From NCBI GenBank assembly GCA_963782055.1, contig CAWAIF010000002.1, positions 384,001 through 448,000 on the forward strand: 64,000 nt of DNA, read 5' to 3'. Shown here in pieces: positions 19,513 to 30,310 of the stretch. How positions within the stretch are numbered: the stretch's first letter is position 1; each line of letters opens with the position of its first letter. Below the pieces are notes generated by a model, which made no database searches, was not told the origin of the DNA, and worked only from the letters and a program-made list of their open reading frames with translations. The position numbers and the translations under genes are program-made. This stretch comes from an uncultured delta proteobacterium (lineage in GTDB: Bacteria > Myxococcota_A > Polyangia > Polyangiales > Polyangiaceae).

Positions 19513-20901
19513 ATGACCGAGCCCCACGAGACGCTGCGCGACGGCCGCTACGTCGTCCTCGGCACGCTCGGCCTCGGCTCGCAGGGAAAGACGCTCGACG
19601 CGGTCGACAAGCGGGAGGGGCGCCCGGTGGCGATCAAGCGCTTCGACCTGGCGCACGCGCGCGCGTGGAAGGACGTGGAGCTCGCCGAGCGCGAGGCCCG
19701 CGTGCTCGGCTCGCTCTCCCACCCGATGCTGCCGCGCTACATCGAGCACTTCGAGGAGGGCGGCGCCCTGTACCTGGTGATGGAGAAGATCGAGGGCGAG
19801 TCGCTCGCCTCGCTGCGGAAGAAGGGCCGCCTGAGCGACCAGGACGCTCTGCGCCTCCTGCACGACGCCGCCGAGGTGCTGGATTACCTCCACGGGCGCG
19901 CCCCGCCCGTCTTCCACCGCGACCTGAAGCCGGCCAACGTCATCCGCCGCCCGGACGGCTCCTTCGCCTTCGTCGACTTCGGCGCGGTGCGCGAGCGCAT
20001 GCGGCCGGAGGGGGGCAGCACCGTCGTCGGCACCTTCGGCTACATGGCGCCGGAGCAGTTCCAGGGGCGCGCCGGCCCCGGGTCCGATGTCTACGCGGTC
20101 GGCGCCACCGTGCTGTCGATGCTCACGGGGGAGGAGCCGGAGTCGCTCCCCCACCGCGGCCTGGCGATCGAGGTGGGCGCCGCGCTCGGCGGTCGCGCGA
20201 ACCCGCGACTTCGGCACATCCTGGAGCGCATGCTGGAGCCCGACCCCGACCGTCGCGCGACGCGCATCGGTCCGCTGCTCGCCGAGAGCGGGCGGACCCC
20301 GGCCTCCAGACCCCGGCCCGCGCGCGCGCAACCGACGCCGGACCTCGGCGATCTCGGCCGGCAGATCCGCGATCAGGTGGAGCGCAAGATCCGCAGCGAG
20401 GTCGACCGCGCCACCACCCGCGCCGAGCGTCACGCCGCCCGCCGCGCGCGTCACGCCAGACGGCGCGCGGAGCACGCGCAGCGCCGGGCCCGGCGGAGGC
20501 GTGAACATCCGGTGCCCTTCTTCGTGCGCTTCATCGTGTGGGTGGCGCTCACCGTCACCCAGCTCGTGGTGGCGCTCGCGGTGGGCGCGGTCGTCCCGCT
20601 CCTCTTGCTCCTTTTGTCCCTCTTCATCGGGGCGCCGATGCGGCGCGCCGCGAAGAAGGTGTATGGCGCCAACCGCCGCGCCGTCGGCGCCATCGGCCGG
20701 GCGCGGTCGACGGTGACCGGCCAGGCGCCGGAGGAAGAGGAAGCCGACCAGGGTGCCGCGCACGAGGCGATGGACGTCCGCGTCGGCGCGGAGGACGAGC
20801 GCATCCGCGTGAGCGCCGCAGCCGACGAGCGGGAGGCCGAGGAGGACGAGGAGGCGGAGGCCGGCGAGCCGCCGCGCCGCGCGCGCGTCCAGCGGCGCTA
20901 G
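19513..20901 (+). CDS. Ser/Thr protein kinase with C-terminal membrane segment
   Basis: VAIK, HRDLKPAN, DFG, GTFGYMAPE. Confidence 0.92.
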   Translation: MTEPHETLRDGRYVVLGTLGLGSQGKTLDAVDKREGRPVAIKRFDLAHARAWKDVELAEREARVLGSLSHPMLPRYIEHFEEGGALYLVMEKIEGESLASLRKKGRLSDQDALRLLHDAAEVLDYLHGRAPPVFHRDLKPANVIRRPDGSFAFVDFGAVRERMRPEGGSTVVGTFGYMAPEQFQGRAGPGSDVYAVGATVLSMLTGEEPESLPHRGLAIEVGAALGGRANPRLRHILERMLEPDPDRRATRIGPLLAESGRTPASRPRPARAQPTPDLGDLGRQIRDQVERKIRSEVDRATTRAERHAARRARHARRRAEHAQRRARRRREHPVPFFVRFIVWVALTVTQLVVALAVGAVVPLLLLLLSLFIGAPMRRAAKKVYGANRRAVGAIGRARSTVTGQAPEEEEADQGAAHEAMDVRVGAEDERIRVSAAADEREAEEDEEAEAGEPPRRARVQRR

Positions 20902-21001
20902 CGCGTCACCATCGCGTGAACCGCGGCCGGTCGGTTCCCCCGCGGCCACCCGCCGCCAGCACGACTTCGTGCAGGGTGGACCGCGCCCCGAGGCGTGCCC
21001 T

Positions 21002-22564
21002 TCAGAGCAAGCAGCCCGTCGCCCACTTCAGGGCGTTGATGGTCAGCTTCATCGTGTTGGCGTCGTTCACCCAGGTCGTGTTGGCCGAGTAGTTCGCCGC
21101 GTGGGTGACGTACACGAGCCGGCCACCCGGGCTCGATCGCACCACCACGCCCGCGCCGCCGCAGAACGTGTTGTTCGCGATGGCCGTGCCGCTGTTCATG
21201 ATGGTGCCGATGGAGCACCCCATGCTGCTGGTGGTGGTGAAGGAGCTCGGCAGCCCGGTCCAGATCGGGTGGGCGACGGTGTTGGTGAAGGTGAGCGCGC
21301 CCGTGCTGCCGCTCGTGTACTGGTAGAGGTTGATGCTCTTGAGCGTCTGCCAGCGGCCGTTGTAGGGGTGGTAGCCCGCCCAGTCGGTGAAGACCACGCC
21401 GATGCCCTGCGCCTGCGCGTCGACGATCGCCTGCTGCCCGGCGGTGGGCATGTCGACGGAGTAGTCGTCGCCCACCATGAGCATGATGACGCGAAAGTTG
21501 GTGGCGGCCGGGGTGCCGGCGTAGGCGCTGGCGCCGTTGTCCACCATCGTCCCGCTCAGACCTGCGGCGTTGATCGCCGTCAAGAACGCCTGGTTGGTCG
21601 CCGTGTGCGTGTCGCTCAGGACGAGCACCGTGTTGCTGCACGTGGTGCAGGCGCCGTTGGCGCAGTACGGCGTGCCGCCGCTGCAGGTGGTGCTGCAGTT
21701 GCCGCAGTGGTCGCGGTCGAAGTCGGTGTCCACGCACTGGTTGCCGCACTTGGTGAGGCCCTGAGAGCACTGGAACTGGCACGCGCCGGCGGCGCAGACG
21801 AGCCCCTGGCCGCACACGTTCCCGCACGACCCGCAGTTGGCGTTGTCGGTGTCGGTCTTCGCGCAGTACGGCGCCCCGCCGTCGCCGTCGCAGAGCACCT
21901 CGTTCGGCCCGCAGTTGGCGACGCAGCTGCCGCCGGAGCACACCAGTCCGTTGGTGCACGCGTTCCCGCACGACCCGCAGTTGGCGCTGTCGGTCTGGGT
22001 GGCGGCGCACACCGGCGGGCCGCCGTCGCCCGGGCACAGCGTCTCCCCCGCGCCGCACGTGTCCTCGCACGTGCCCCCGGTGCACACCTTGCCCGGGTCG
22101 CACACGCTGCCGCAGCCGCCGCAGTTGTCGTGGTCGTTCTGGGGCGACACGCACAGCGCCTCGCCCGCGTCCCCCACACAGAGCGTCTGCGCCGCGGCGC
22201 ACTGCGCGGTGCACTTGCCTTGCTCGCACACCTCGCCGGCGTTGCACGCCTTGCCGCAGGCGCCGCAGTTCTTGCGATCGACGTCGACATCGAAGCACGA
22301 CTGCCCGCACTGCGTGGAGCCGCCGGCGCACTGGAGCGCGCAGTTACTCTGTGAGCAGACCTCCCCCGTGTCGCACGCGTTGCCGCAAGCGCCGCAGTTC
22401 GCCGGGTCGGCCGCCGTCTCCGCGCACTGATCGCCGCAGAGCGTCTCCCCAGCCACGCACGTCTTTGGCGCCGGCGTCGTGTCGCTGCTGGAGCAGCCAG
22501 CCATGGCGGCCGCGACGATCGCCCCGCCGGCGGTGGTCGCCTTGATCCAATCCCCGAGCCTCAT
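21002..22564 (-). CDS. Cys-rich repeat lipoprotein (NCGxCGxxC, Stig1/MXAN_6577-like repeats)
   Basis: Lipobox MAGC; six D..(N/H)CG.C...C repeats. Confidence 0.82.
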   Translation of the reverse strand: MRLGDWIKATTAGGAIVAAAMAGCSSSDTTPAPKTCVAGETLCGDQCAETAADPANCGACGNACDTGEVCSQSNCALQCAGGSTQCGQSCFDVDVDRKNCGACGKACNAGEVCEQGKCTAQCAAAQTLCVGDAGEALCVSPQNDHDNCGGCGSVCDPGKVCTGGTCEDTCGAGETLCPGDGGPPVCAATQTDSANCGSCGNACTNGLVCSGGSCVANCGPNEVLCDGDGGAPYCAKTDTDNANCGSCGNVCGQGLVCAAGACQFQCSQGLTKCGNQCVDTDFDRDHCGNCSTTCSGGTPYCANGACTTCSNTVLVLSDTHTATNQAFLTAINAAGLSGTMVDNGASAYAGTPAATNFRVIMLMVGDDYSVDMPTAGQQAIVDAQAQGIGVVFTDWAGYHPYNGRWQTLKSINLYQYTSGSTGALTFTNTVAHPIWTGLPSSFTTTSSMGCSIGTIMNSGTAIANNTFCGGAGVVVRSSPGGRLVYVTHAANYSANTTWVNDANTMKLTINALKWATGCLL

Positions 22565-22685
22565 CGAGCCTCCGCGATCAGTCTACCTGAGCCGGGCGCC
22601 AGCGTCCCACCGCTCTGCCGGGTCGCCACGTCCGCCGCAGCGTTTCCTCGAGGGGCGGGGCACGCGTCTTGCTCGTCATGCGCAC

Positions 22686-23327
22686 ATGCAATCCGTGGAA
22701 CCCGAGCGCGCCTCTGCCACACGTACCCACCAGGAAGAGCGCATCGACGAGGCGCTGGACGAGTCCTTCCCGGCCAGCGACCCGCCCTACTTCTCGCTCG
22801 GCGTGAAGGCTCCGGCCGAGCCGCCGCCGCCTCCAGCCGAGAAGCGGACGGCGGCGCCGATGGTCGAGCCGCGGCGCTACGCCTTCGGTGCCACCGCGGC
22901 GATCGTCACGAGCGTGAGCCTCATCGTCGGCCTCGCCGCCGCCTCGGCGTCGCGCACCGCGATCGTCACTGGCCTCCTCATCATCGCGCTGGCCGACAAC
23001 ATCACCGACTCGCTGAGCGTGCACATGTACCAGGAGTCGGAGAAGCTGGAGTCCACCGCCGCCTTCCGCGTCACGCTCACCAACTTCGGCGCGCGCCTCT
23101 TCGTGGCGAGCAGCTTCGTCGCGCTCGTGCTCACGCTGAGCATCCCGGCGGCGTCCATCGTGGCCGTCACGTGGGGCGCCGTGCTGCTCTCCCTCGTCAC
23201 CTATGACGTGGCGCGCACCCGCGGTCTGAGCCCGGCGCGCGAGATCGCCAAGCACCTGGCGGTGGCCACGCTGGTGATCGCCGTCGGGCGGACCATCGGC
23301 TGGCTCCTCGCGCCCGGCGCCGCCTGA
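22686..23327 (+). CDS. VIT1/CCC1-like membrane protein with N-terminal IDEALDESFPASDPP motif
   Basis: ADNITDSLSVHMYQESE and about five TM segments. Confidence 0.65.
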   Translation: MQSVEPERASATRTHQEERIDEALDESFPASDPPYFSLGVKAPAEPPPPPAEKRTAAPMVEPRRYAFGATAAIVTSVSLIVGLAAASASRTAIVTGLLIIALADNITDSLSVHMYQESEKLESTAAFRVTLTNFGARLFVASSFVALVLTLSIPAASIVAVTWGAVLLSLVTYDVARTRGLSPAREIAKHLAVATLVIAVGRTIGWLLAPGAA

Positions 23328-23754
23328 CGCGTGCCATCGCCAAGGAAGCATGGGGGAGTGAGGGCGGCGCGAAGGGTCAGGATGAGAGAGAGAGAGCGGG
23401 CGCTCTCTGTCGGGAGAGCTTCCCCAGCGCGCCCGGCAGGATTCGACGACGCCCGCACGGGCCAGGACACGACAGAGGCGCGACGCGTGCCATCGCCAAG
23501 GAAGCATGGGGGAGTGAGGGCGGCGCGAAGGGTCAGGATGAGAGAGAGAGCGGGCGCTCTCTGTCGGGAGAGCTTCCCCAGCGCGCCCGGCAGGATTCGA
23601 CGACGCCCGCACGGGCCAGCACACGACAGAGGCGCGACGCGTGCCATCGCGAAGGAAGCAGGGGGGAGTGAGGGCGGCGCGAAGGGTCAGGATGAGAGAG
23701 AGAGCGGGCGCTCTCTGTCGGGAGAGCTTCCCCAGCGCGCCCGGCAGGATTCGA
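23326..23754. repeat. Tandem ~155-bp repeats (starts 23326, 23482, 23636), each carrying the tRNA-Arg 3' end
   Basis: Near-identical units with a variable (GA)n tract and an AGAGAGCG/CGCTCTCT hairpin; third unit runs into the intact tRNA. Confidence 0.92.
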
Positions 23755-23809
23755 ACCTGCGACCTACGGCTCCGGAGGCCGTCGCTCTATCCAGCTGAGC
23801 TACGGGCGC
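23736..23809 (-). tRNA. tRNA-Arg(CCG)
   Basis: GCGCCCG acceptor stem, TAGCTCAGCTGGATAGAGC D-arm, ACGGC-CT-CCG-GA-GCCGT anticodon arm, GGTTCGAATCC; CCA not encoded. Confidence 0.95.
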
Positions 23810-23941
23810 GAGAGCAGGAGAGGTAGCGCAGGGGCGTGTCGGGGTAAAGAGGACAGGATTCGCGCATCGGTGCACGGAGTCCAGGAAGTGGACGGAGTGC
23901 AGCGAGGCCCACGAAGCGCACGGCGGAGCCGTGCTCCGTGC

Positions 23942-23994
23942 ACCTGCGACCTACGGCTCAGGAGGCCGTCGCTCTATCCAGCTGAGCTACGGGC
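23942..23994 (-). pseudogene. 5' tRNA-Arg fragment with anticodon CCT, truncated in the T-loop
   Basis: Matches the neighbouring tRNA from position 3 to GCAGGT except for CCG>CCT. Confidence 0.85.
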
Positions 23995-24057
23995 CGGACC
24001 CCTGCGGACCGACGCCGGGGAAGCTGGACCCCACCAATCCCGTACGTTCAGACCGCC

Positions 24058-24855
24058 ATGCCGCGTTTCCTGCCCATCGCCGCCCTCGCCCTCTTCGCCC
24101 CCGCCTGCCTGCTGATGCAGCCCCCGGCGGAGTCGACGACCTCCGCGAGCCCCCACCACCCGACGGCGAGGCCCCCCTACCACGACCCAGCGTTCGACCA
24201 CCCCGCCTCCGAGCTGGAGCCCTTCATCGCCAAAAACACCAAGGGGTTCACCAAGCAGGGGCCGCTCGTCAAGGGCACCCTGGAGGACTTTCAGCCGGTG
24301 GCGGTGACCCTCCAGCGCGGGCACTGCTACCGCATGGTGCTCCGCCTGGCCGACGACGCGACCATCTCCAATCGCGCGCGCAAGGGCATCGCCTTCATCT
24401 ACCGCAACGGGGACCGCGGCATGGAGGTCCACGGGGGCCCCGGCATGCACGGCCCCACCGGCGGCGTCGCCTCCGGCGGCTGCCCGCAGCAGACCGCGCA
24501 CGCCACCTTCGACATGATCGCCAACTGGGGCAGCGCCCTGGACAAGTCGCACCTCCACGACCTGGGCACGGGCGCCTTCACCTTGCAGCTTTACTCCAAG
24601 CCCATCTCCAAGCAGGAGCTCGCCGCGCGGAAGGCGGACGAGGAGCGGCAAATCGCCGAGTCGGAGGCGTTCGAGCGCCAGGAGCGGCAGAAGAAGCACG
24701 ACAGGATGGTGCGCGGTTGCCGCGTCTGCGAGGACAAGTACACCGAGTGTCTCGCCGACTGGCGTCGCGGCGCCTCGAAGGAGCAGTGCCGGGAGGACCG
24801 CGACAGCTGCGTGTTCTCCGAGGCGGGGCTGCCTAGCGCCGCGGATTGCCGGTAG
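24058..24855 (+). CDS. Hypothetical lipoprotein
   Basis: Lipobox APAC, C-terminal Cys cluster. Confidence 0.7.
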   Translation: MPRFLPIAALALFAPACLLMQPPAESTTSASPHHPTARPPYHDPAFDHPASELEPFIAKNTKGFTKQGPLVKGTLEDFQPVAVTLQRGHCYRMVLRLADDATISNRARKGIAFIYRNGDRGMEVHGGPGMHGPTGGVASGGCPQQTAHATFDMIANWGSALDKSHLHDLGTGAFTLQLYSKPISKQELAARKADEERQIAESEAFERQERQKKHDRMVRGCRVCEDKYTECLADWRRGASKEQCREDRDSCVFSEAGLPSAADCR

Positions 24856-24867
24856 ACTCGGGGCCCG

Positions 24868-25503
24868 ATGCGCGCCTCCTTCTCTCTCGCAGCCGGCGGC
24901 CTCACCGTCCTCGTCGCGTGCGGCGGCGTCACCGTGGGCCCTTCTTCGACCGACGCCGGGCAGGACGGCTCCCCCACGCTGCGAGAGCCGAAGACCCACC
25001 GCGCGCAGGGGAACGCGTGCACGACCCCGCGCGGGCCGGGGACAATCAACGGCACGCCTCCCCCCGGCGCGCCCTGCTCCAAGGACGCCGACTGCACCGC
25101 CGGCCAGAACGGGCGGTGCGAGACCCTGCCCATCGAGCAGTCCAACCCCCCAGGGCAGCGCGTGTGCTCCTACGATCAGTGCACCGCCGACGCGGACTGC
25201 GGCGCGAGCAGCGTGTGCGATTGCCGCAACCCGGCCAACTACGACGCCAACACCTGCTTCCACGGCGACTGCCGCGTCGACGCCGACTGCGGCGCGGGCG
25301 GGTGGTGCTCGCCCTCCGGCACCACCGTCGACTCCGGCTGCACGACGGGCATCGACCCAGGCCAGTTCGGCTTCTTCTGCCACACCGCCGCCGACGAGTG
25401 CACCGACGACGCCGACTGCCCGGGCGTCACGCCGCCGGAGCGGTGCATGTTCAGCCCCACGGCGAACCACTGGGTCTGCCAGCAGCAGTTCTGCACCGGC
25501 TGA
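24868..25503 (+). CDS. Cys-rich lipoprotein (CxxDADC repeats)
   Basis: Lipobox LVAC; four C..DADC repeats. Confidence 0.75.
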   Translation: MRASFSLAAGGLTVLVACGGVTVGPSSTDAGQDGSPTLREPKTHRAQGNACTTPRGPGTINGTPPPGAPCSKDADCTAGQNGRCETLPIEQSNPPGQRVCSYDQCTADADCGASSVCDCRNPANYDANTCFHGDCRVDADCGAGGWCSPSGTTVDSGCTTGIDPGQFGFFCHTAADECTDDADCPGVTPPERCMFSPTANHWVCQQQFCTG

Positions 25504-25521
25504 TCGCGCCGGCCTCGGGCG

Positions 25522-26691
<1,170 letters not shown>

Positions 26692-26768
26692 GCGATTATT
26701 CTTTCCGACGCACGGGTGGTCAAGTCTCGTTGATCGCGCCCCGCATCCCTCGTAGCCTGCGAGCCCCC

Positions 26769-27686
26769 ATGAGTCACCGCAAGTACATGACCATTCTCAA
26801 GCTGAACGAGGCGGAACTCAGGAGTCGCCGCGCGTTCTTCGAGGTCGCCGACGAGGATCTGGCACGCCTGGCCGCCCTCCGCGATCATGCGGAGAAGTGG
26901 ACCCACGAAATTGTGGAGGGCTTCTATCAGCTTCTTCTGGGCCACCCGGAGACTCGCAAGTTCTTCCCCGACGAGGCCACCGTCCGGCGCGTCAAGGCCA
27001 CCCAGCGGGAATACTTCCTAGAGCTGTTCGCCGGTCGCTGCGATCTCGCCTACGTGGAAGACCGACTGCGCGTCGGCACCGCCCACCAGCGCATCGGCAT
27101 GCCGCCGAAGTGGTACCTGGGCGCCTACCGCCGCTACCTGCAGCTCCTTCACGAGCGGCTCCATCGCGATCTTCCCCCCGAAAAGGCCGCCGCGGCGTAC
27201 GAGTCGGTCCTCAAGCTCGTCTCCTTCGACGAGTCGCTCGCCATCGACACCTATATCGCCGCCAATCAGGAGTCGATCGAGCGCCACCAGACCGCCATCC
27301 GCGAGCTCTCCACGCCGGTCATCCGCGTGCACGAAGGCGTGCTTCTGCTCCCGCTCGTCGGCGCCATCGACAGCCTGCGCGCGCAGCAGATCATGGAGAG
27401 CGTGCTCACGCGCGTGACCGAGGACCAGGCGCGCTGCATCATCATCGACATCGCCGGCGTAGCCGTGGTGGACACGCGCGTGGCCGACCATCTGGTCAAG
27501 ACGACGTCCGCCGTGAAGCTGCTCGGCGCGCAGACCATCCTGACGGGCATCAGCGCCCAGGTCGCGCGGACGATCGTGCAGCTCGGCGTCGACATCTCGG
27601 CGATGCACACCCTGAGCCGCCTGGCGGAGGGCATCGAGCTGGCGCTGTCCCTGGTCGGCAAGAAGATCGAAGCGAAGGAGCGATGA
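26769..27686 (+). CDS. rsbR: RsbR-like globin-coupled sensor (protoglobin + STAS)
   Basis: Globin (FYQLL, RLRVGTAHQRIG) followed by ELSTPVI STAS domain with DIAGVAVVDT. Confidence 0.85.
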   Translation: MSHRKYMTILKLNEAELRSRRAFFEVADEDLARLAALRDHAEKWTHEIVEGFYQLLLGHPETRKFFPDEATVRRVKATQREYFLELFAGRCDLAYVEDRLRVGTAHQRIGMPPKWYLGAYRRYLQLLHERLHRDLPPEKAAAAYESVLKLVSFDESLAIDTYIAANQESIERHQTAIRELSTPVIRVHEGVLLLPLVGAIDSLRAQQIMESVLTRVTEDQARCIIIDIAGVAVVDTRVADHLVKTTSAVKLLGAQTILTGISAQVARTIVQLGVDISAMHTLSRLAEGIELALSLVGKKIEAKER

Positions 27687-28057
27687 TGCTCGGCGCCATC
27701 CCCATCCTGCGCGTCGGAAGCACGCTGCTCGCCACCGTGCACGTCGAGCTGCACGACGACGTGGCCAACGCCTTCCAGGCGGACGTGCTCAGCACGATCG
27801 AGAAGACCGCGTCCACGGGACTCGTCATCGACATCAGCGGCCTGGAGACGGTGGACAGCTACGTCGCTCGCGTCCTCGCAGAGACAGGGCACATGGCGAG
27901 CCTGATGGGCACCATCACCGTGCTCGTCGGCATGCGCCCGGAGGTCGCGGCGACCCTCATCCGCATGGGGTACGTGATGGACGGCATCCGTACCGCCCTC
28001 AATCTCGAGGACGGCCTGGCCATGCTCGGCCAGCGCCTCGTGACCGTGCAGAAGTAG
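27683..28057 (+). CDS. rsbS: RsbS-like STAS antagonist
   Basis: IDISGLETVDS, GMRPEVAATL. Confidence 0.85.
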   Translation: MMLGAIPILRVGSTLLATVHVELHDDVANAFQADVLSTIEKTASTGLVIDISGLETVDSYVARVLAETGHMASLMGTITVLVGMRPEVAATLIRMGYVMDGIRTALNLEDGLAMLGQRLVTVQK

Positions 28058-28067
28058 GAGAGGGGTC

Positions 28068-28484
28068 GTGCCGGTCGACGTCCTTCGCCGCGAAGAGCTG
28101 AAGATCGACTGCGAGGACGACGTCATCGTCGTCCGGCGCAGGGCGAAGGCGCTCGCCCAGGAGCGCAAGTTCGACACGTTCGCCACCGCCGCGCTGACGA
28201 CGGCCACCTCCGAGCTGACGCGCAACGTCTGGATGCACGCTCGCAAGGGCCGCGCGGTGCTGGAGGAGGTGACCGACGGCTCGCGCATGGGCATCCGCAT
28301 CGAGTTTCGCGACGAGGGACCGGGGATCCCCGACATCGAGCGCGTCCTGAAGGGCGGCTACTCCACCGCGCGCTCGATGGGCCTGGGCCTCTCGGGCAGC
28401 AAGCGGCTCGTCGACGATTTCTCCATCGAGTCCGTTGTTGGCCAGGGCACCGTGATTACGATCACCAAGTGGAAGCCGTTCTGA
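28068..28484 (+). CDS. rsbT: RsbT-like anti-sigma/serine kinase
   Basis: TATSELTRN, DEGPGI, GYST, GLGLSGSKRLVD. Confidence 0.88.
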   Translation: MPVDVLRREELKIDCEDDVIVVRRRAKALAQERKFDTFATAALTTATSELTRNVWMHARKGRAVLEEVTDGSRMGIRIEFRDEGPGIPDIERVLKGGYSTARSMGLGLSGSKRLVDDFSIESVVGQGTVITITKWKPF

Positions 28485-29485
28485 TCGACGGGTGGCTGGG
28501 GGGCGCCGAGGCCATCCCCGTCCTCGACGAGGCGTCCGTCTCGGTGGTTCGCGAGGGGGTCCGGCGCGCGGGGGTGTCGCTCGGCCTCTCGGAGACAGTC
28601 GTCGGCAGCATCGTGACGGCGGCGAGCGAGCTCGCCCACAACCAGCTCGTCCACGCGCGTGACGGCGTGGTGGCGGTCCGCGTGGTGGACCGCGACGGCG
28701 TGCCCGGGCTGGAGGTGGTGGCGGCGGACGTCGGCCGGGGCATCCAGGACCCGGAGGCCGCCCTGCGCGGGGGTGGCGGCTCGCGCACCGGGCTCGGGAT
28801 CGGTCTGGTGGGGGTCAGAGCCCTGTGCGACGAGCTGGACATGGACGTGCGGCTGGGGGAGGGAAGCTGCGTGTGGGCGCGCAAGTTCGCCGAGCCGGTC
28901 CCGCGGCGCCGGGAGGTCGGGATCTTCGGTCGTCCGCACCCCGCCGAGGACGTCTCGGGCGACCACGCCGCGTTCGTCCGGCGCCGCGACGTGCTCTCGG
29001 TGGCGCTGGCCGACGGCCTGGGCCACGGGCCGCACGCGCGAAAGGCCTCCGAGGCGACGATCGAGTGCTTCCGGGCGGGCCCGGAGCGCTCGCTGGACGC
29101 GCTGCTCGCGGGCTGCCACGACGCGGCGTTGGGTACGCGTGGCGCCGTCATGTCGGTCGCGCGCCTCGAGGAGCCGTCGGGCAAGATGGAGACGGCGTCC
29201 ATCGGCAACGTCACGGTGCACGTGAGCGGCCCGGACGTGGCGCACCGGTTCGGCGGCACCTCCGCCGTGCTCGGGATGCGCGGGCAAGCGCGCGCGGCCC
29301 GCGTGGAGCAGCAGGTGCTGTCACCGTGGGAGGTGCTCTTGGTCTTCAGCGACGGCATCACCTCACGCGCCAGCGTGGAGCAGGACCACGCCCTGTTGCG
29401 CGAGCACCCGGTGGTCGTGGCGCAGGCGGTGGTGCAGCGCTTCGCCCGGGGGGACGACGACGTGCTGGTGCTGGCCGTCCGCTGA
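28469..29485 (+). CDS. RsbX-like HATPase + PP2C (SpoIIE) phosphatase
   Basis: ASELAHN, SGD, ADGLGHG, FSDG, DDD. Confidence 0.82.
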   Translation: MEAVLIDGWLGGAEAIPVLDEASVSVVREGVRRAGVSLGLSETVVGSIVTAASELAHNQLVHARDGVVAVRVVDRDGVPGLEVVAADVGRGIQDPEAALRGGGGSRTGLGIGLVGVRALCDELDMDVRLGEGSCVWARKFAEPVPRRREVGIFGRPHPAEDVSGDHAAFVRRRDVLSVALADGLGHGPHARKASEATIECFRAGPERSLDALLAGCHDAALGTRGAVMSVARLEEPSGKMETASIGNVTVHVSGPDVAHRFGGTSAVLGMRGQARAARVEQQVLSPWEVLLVFSDGITSRASVEQDHALLREHPVVVAQAVVQRFARGDDDVLVLAVR

Positions 29486-29505
29486 GGCGAACGTTCGGTC
29501 GCGGC

Positions 29506-30216
29506 TCAGTCGCCGAAGGCGACGGTCTTGCGGGCGCCGTCGCTGCCGGCCTCCACCACGCGGGCGCGATACAGCATCTTGCCGCCCTTGGCGGTGACCT
29601 CGCCGGCGATGTCGCCCCAGGCGAAGCCGTCGCGCTGCGTCAGCGTCATGACCGCCTCCTTGCCGCCGACGTGGACATGGAAGCTGGTGCGGGTGGCCTT
29701 GACGGTCGACCCGCCGAAGTCCACGTCCACCGGCTCGCTGTCGATGAGCCCGTCGTTCTGGTCGACCGCGGGGATCGTCCTCTGGAGCATGGCCTCGTAG
29801 GCCGCCGGCGTGGAGGCGTGCTCGACGCCGTCCTTCACGCGCGTCACGTCGGTGATCTCGTCGCCCTCCGTCCGGACGCGGAAGGTCTCGGTGCGCGCGC
29901 CGTCCTGGAGAGAGACCTCCACGACGGTGGCGTCGCCGTCGCGGGCGATGACCTTCTGGTTGAGCACGAGCGGCTTCTTCCGGCCGCGGGTGGCGACCTC
30001 GGTGACGACCCAGTCGCCGACCTTGCGCGTGTCGGCGGGGACGGCGGAGGCCGCGGCGACGTCGCGCGACGCGGCCGCCTCCGCGACGGAGTCGAAGGCA
30101 GGCGCCAGGATGTGCGACGCCAGCGGCGCCTGCGCCACGGCCGCGGGACGCCGGGCCGACGCACAGCCGGCGAGGGAGAGCGAGATCACGGCGAGGGAGA
30201 GGAGCGTGCGCTTCAT
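29506..30216 (-). CDS. Hypothetical lipoprotein
   Basis: Lipobox LAGC, GC3 bias. Confidence 0.7.
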   Translation of the reverse strand: MKRTLLSLAVISLSLAGCASARRPAAVAQAPLASHILAPAFDSVAEAAASRDVAAASAVPADTRKVGDWVVTEVATRGRKKPLVLNQKVIARDGDATVVEVSLQDGARTETFRVRTEGDEITDVTRVKDGVEHASTPAAYEAMLQRTIPAVDQNDGLIDSEPVDVDFGGSTVKATRTSFHVHVGGKEAVMTLTQRDGFAWGDIAGEVTAKGGKMLYRARVVEAGSDGARKTVAFGD

Positions 30217-30310
30217 GCTCTCCGCCATCGCAGAGTCGGCACGGGCGGGCCAAGTTTCCGCCTGCGACGGCTCGACGGGCGGGGCCGGGTCCGCTAGAAA
30301 CTCCCTCGCC

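Noticed and set aside
18193..20949. Long antisense or alternate-frame ORFs (e.g. 918 aa here, 29363..31582, 55518..57464)
   Set aside because: Shadow ORFs typical of high-GC DNA, overlapping well-supported genes.
23326..23754. CRISPR array or protein-coding ORFs in the tRNA-linked repeats
   Set aside because: Whole units repeat with no unique spacers; ORFs are by-products of the repeat.
23326..23994. Intact prophage or integrative element at tRNA-Arg
   Set aside because: No integrase or phage genes, and the fragments are only about 150 bp apart.
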